From Tubulanus polymorphus (lineage: Eukaryota; Animalia; Nemertea): a stretch of 64,000 nucleotides of DNA. Positions 61,285 through 64,000 of the stretch are shown here, one piece after another. Numbering within the stretch: the stretch's first letter is position 1; each line of letters opens with the position of its first letter. Below the pieces are notes generated by a model. It did no database searches. It was given only the letters and a program-made list of their open reading frames with translations, and was not told the origin of the DNA. The translations under genes were made by a program, and so were the position numbers. Location: assembly GCF_964204645.1 (NCBI RefSeq), contig NC_134027.1:19740560-19804559 (forward strand), in the 5' to 3' direction.

Positions 61285-62598
61285 ATGGATGAGAAGATAG
61301 CATGCGAAATTTGTGGTGAACTTCTAAGAAAAAGTAATATGGCTCGACATATGAAAAAACATGATGAAAATTATAAACCCCCTAAAATAAACTGCCCAAA
61401 ATGTAATAAATTATTCTCAAGAAATTATGTTAAAAAACATTCAGAGAAGTGTAGAATTAATGGCGCAACGGCTAATGTTGATAGTAATGAAAGTAATAGT
61501 AATTCTGCTGAAGTTGAACCTGAAGTTATTTGGAAAAGACCCTTCTTATTCTATGATAAGGATAATATAAAAGATCATTTCTGCGAGCCTTGTCGAATAA
61601 AATATGGCCCTGAAAATATAGAAGATTGGGAGAATCATCAATTTCGTAAAGTACATATAGATAAAATTTCTAATAAATTTGAAACTGAATTTAATGAAAG
61701 AAAAAATAATTTATTAGAAAAAATAAAATATGAGAAAACGTTACCAGATAATAAAGAAACAGTTGAAAAGTTAGAAAAACAATATAATGAATTAACAAGA
61801 AAAACATATTATTGTAAATATTGTAAATTGATTATTACAACAAGTAATTCAAATCTACATAATAGAACAATAAAACATAAAGAAAACGTAAGAAAATACC
61901 AAGAGTTTAATGAAGATCTATTACCAATAAATTATGAACAAAAATGCCCACAATATATTTATGCGACCTTAAGGCAAGAAGGTACTGTGTTATTTTGTGT
62001 TGATTGTGGATGGCAAAAGAATTTATGGGGTGAAGAAAAAACTAGAAATTTTCTAATAGATCCAAAATTAAATTATCTAGATGAAATTTTTAAAATATTT
62101 TCTATGGAAGATCATACAGCAGAATATATGCAATGGCTTGAAAAAATGAAAATAATAGAAAATAAAAATGGTGAAATAACTAAAAAAGATATTATAAATA
62201 CAATTATTCCGTCAACATTTAACACAAAACAAAAGAAAATGTATTTATATTTATTATTTAACGATTATTATGAAAAACCTAAATTAACAGAAGAAGATAC
62301 GGAAAATATAAAAAAAAAATTCAAACAAATATTAATGTATCATTTGGAAAATAGAATAACAGATTCAATAAATTATGAATTCTTTTTAAATAAGATTGTA
62401 AATTATTTAAACCTAGATATTATAATTCCATTTGACGAATTAACAAACAAAAAGAAACAAAGAGAGCGAGATGAAATGTGGAACAAGATAGAACTTTATT
62501 TAAATGAAAAAAATGGAATGGAAGAAGAACCTAAACAATTAAATGAAAATGAAGAAACCAATAGTGATTTCGAGTTTGATGATATAGATCCATTTTAA
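61285..62598 (+). CDS. Multi-zinc-finger protein with a C-terminal VLTF3-like domain
   Basis: C2H2-type fingers (CEIC..H..H; CPKC; CEPC..H..H; CKYC..H..H; CVDC) and C-terminal 'PKLT.E....I...F.....SINYEFFLNKI...L......K.K...RDEMWNKI...L'. Confidence 0.7.
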   Translation: MDEKIACEICGELLRKSNMARHMKKHDENYKPPKINCPKCNKLFSRNYVKKHSEKCRINGATANVDSNESNSNSAEVEPEVIWKRPFLFYDKDNIKDHFCEPCRIKYGPENIEDWENHQFRKVHIDKISNKFETEFNERKNNLLEKIKYEKTLPDNKETVEKLEKQYNELTRKTYYCKYCKLIITTSNSNLHNRTIKHKENVRKYQEFNEDLLPINYEQKCPQYIYATLRQEGTVLFCVDCGWQKNLWGEEKTRNFLIDPKLNYLDEIFKIFSMEDHTAEYMQWLEKMKIIENKNGEITKKDIINTIIPSTFNTKQKKMYLYLLFNDYYEKPKLTEEDTENIKKKFKQILMYHLENRITDSINYEFFLNKIVNYLNLDIIIPFDELTNKKKQRERDEMWNKIELYLNEKNGMEEEPKQLNENEETNSDFEFDDIDPF

Positions 62599-64000
62599 TA
62601 ACCATAAGGTAATGTTTTTATACCATCATCTAAAATATGCCTTTTATCATCAAATGGATTTAAACTAGTTTTTTCAACTTCATTAATGTACATCTCATGA
62701 TCTTCTGATCTTAAACAATTCATTTTGTGTTTCATTACAATTGATTTATATAAACACATTATATAATCTTGAAATTCTATATGTTTATCAACCACATGTT
62801 TTGTTATTCCTTTTAACTTTTTAGCTTTATGATCTTTTGTTCTGTAACTATACATTTTACTTCTTATCTTAACAAATTCAATCATTTCATCACCCCCTAA
62901 TTCATCTTTAAACTTACCAGGAATCTTTTTATTATCATTGCTAAATAGTTCATGATCTTTGGGATAATTGCTAAAATCAAAATGATGTTTTAATGTTTTT
63001 AAGTCTTTTGTTATGTCATTTGTCTTGATTTTTAGTATGTAACTGTCGGTATTTTTTTGTATTAATGGGAACCCAGAATTGAATGTTCCATCATCTGTTG
63101 ATAAATAATAAACATAGTCAGTTGGGTTATATATTTCAAATAAATCTTTAACTTCTTCTGTTAATTCTTTTTCTACATGCTTTAAATTAAAACAATTTGG
63201 TTTAGATTTAATTAATTCTATATTCATATTAAATCCTAATGAACTGCATAATATATTCAATCCTGATATAGCAACTTTTCCTTTTTGAGCAAAGGATATT
63301 GTTTTGCGGTTTTGGAAACTTTTTGAACCATCTGCGGCATAGAATCCAATGAAGAACCACTTTCTTAAATTATTTTTTGCATTCAATACATAATCTGGAA
63401 CTATCTTTTCTTTTGTTGAAGTATTACTTTTCACTATTGCATGAATATAGAATTCATCATTATATTTTGCAGCAGAATCTTTAGGATTATTTACAAATAT
63501 TCTATAAACCGCGGATGATTTCATATGATCCATGATTCTAAATGTTTTATATGAATAAACTTCTTCGCAGAATTTCTTTATTCTTTCTAATAATTTCAAA
63601 TCTTCATTGCATAAATACCAACGATATTGAGTGCGATTAACATAATTATACACACCTGCTGAACCATCTCCCATGAAAAATCCTTTGATAAAATATTCTT
63701 TTTCTTCTAATGTTTCAGGTTCTATATTATAAATATTATCAATAATTTCATCAAATGACATATGATTCATTCTTTGGAAAAATCTTTTATGTAATAATTC
63801 ATCTCCAATTTTTATATCAGTTGGTTTTATTTCATCACCATTTCGTTTAATTAAACTATGATCTTCTGTAACATCTACAAATCCTAATTTAGTTCTAACT
63901 CTATAGATTTTCTTATTTGTTTTATGCCTAATAATATTCTTTAATTTTTTCCATCCATTTCTTGTCCAAACATCTATTAAACCATTTATTTGTATTAATT
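62595..64000 (-). CDS. Protein-primed DNA polymerase B, C-terminal part, containing an intein (frame open to the window edge)
   Basis: C-extein TDSY...FDFSNYP..NKK.PGKFKDE..IRSKMYSY..KLKGI..LNPFDDKR..TLPYG. Confidence 0.93.
   Translation of the reverse strand, partial: LIQINGLIDVWTRNGWKKLKNIIRHKTNKKIYRVRTKLGFVDVTEDHSLIKRNGDEIKPTDIKIGDELLHKRFFQRMNHMSFDEIIDNIYNIEPETLEEKEYFIKGFFMGDGSAGVYNYVNRTQYRWYLCNEDLKLLERIKKFCEEVYSYKTFRIMDHMKSSAVYRIFVNNPKDSAAKYNDEFYIHAIVKSNTSTKEKIVPDYVLNAKNNLRKWFFIGFYAADGSKSFQNRKTISFAQKGKVAISGLNILCSSLGFNMNIELIKSKPNCFNLKHVEKELTEEVKDLFEIYNPTDYVYYLSTDDGTFNSGFPLIQKNTDSYILKIKTNDITKDLKTLKHHFDFSNYPKDHELFSNDNKKIPGKFKDELGGDEMIEFVKIRSKMYSYRTKDHKAKKLKGITKHVVDKHIEFQDYIMCLYKSIVMKHKMNCLRSEDHEMYINEVEKTSLNPFDDKRHILDDGIKTLPYGY
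63051..64000 (-). mobile_element. Intein with LAGLIDADG homing endonuclease (N-terminus outside the window)
   Basis: VWTRNGWKKLKNIIRHKTNKKIYRVRTKLGFVDVTEDHSL (block B TxxH), FIKGFFMGDGS and FFIGFYAADGS (LAGLIDADG pair), VYYLSTDDGTFNSG..IQKN|TDS. Confidence 0.9.

Larger units (their letters stand above)
50362..64000 (-). mobile_element. Polinton/Maverick (adintovirus-like endogenous virus), copy B, running off the window
   Basis: The macro-repeat breaks at cacttgacatt|AGTAATAGGGG (AGT-type terminus). AT-rich compact genes: ATPase, integrase, major and minor capsid, pPolB. Confidence 0.95.

Noticed and set aside
50362-64000. Adenain-type maturation protease and right TIR of the Polinton
   Set aside because: No matching motif seen. 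The element continues past the window, so absence cannot be concluded.

Overview
A 64-kb window of repeat-dense eukaryotic DNA, most likely from a non-insect invertebrate (inferred from the repeat types). It is built almost entirely of nested mobile elements, and I found no recognisable host gene. Contents in order: a decayed IS630/Tc1-type transposase; a decayed Polinton/Maverick remnant (~7.7-13.05 kb); two decayed Ty3/Gypsy elements; a hAT element; Helentron-type non-autonomous elements; a ~4-kb macro-repeat containing 32-bp satellite arrays; a Penelope-type inverted repeat with a minimal hammerhead ribozyme; a near-complete 14.9-kb Ty3/Gypsy element with 1.27-kb LTRs, chromodomain integrase and an F-type env; and a second, better-preserved Polinton (50.36 kb to window end). 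The most interesting observations are: (1) a LAGLIDADG-containing intein in the catalytic DTDS motif of the Polinton protein-primed DNA polymerase; (2) a poxvirus-like expression signature in that Polinton (T-tract plus TAAATG at nearly every gene start, and a VLTF3-like domain); (3) twelve tRNA T-arm/B-box hairpins with covarying stems in the env-bearing retroelement. All homology calls are from motif recognition by eye; no database search was run.
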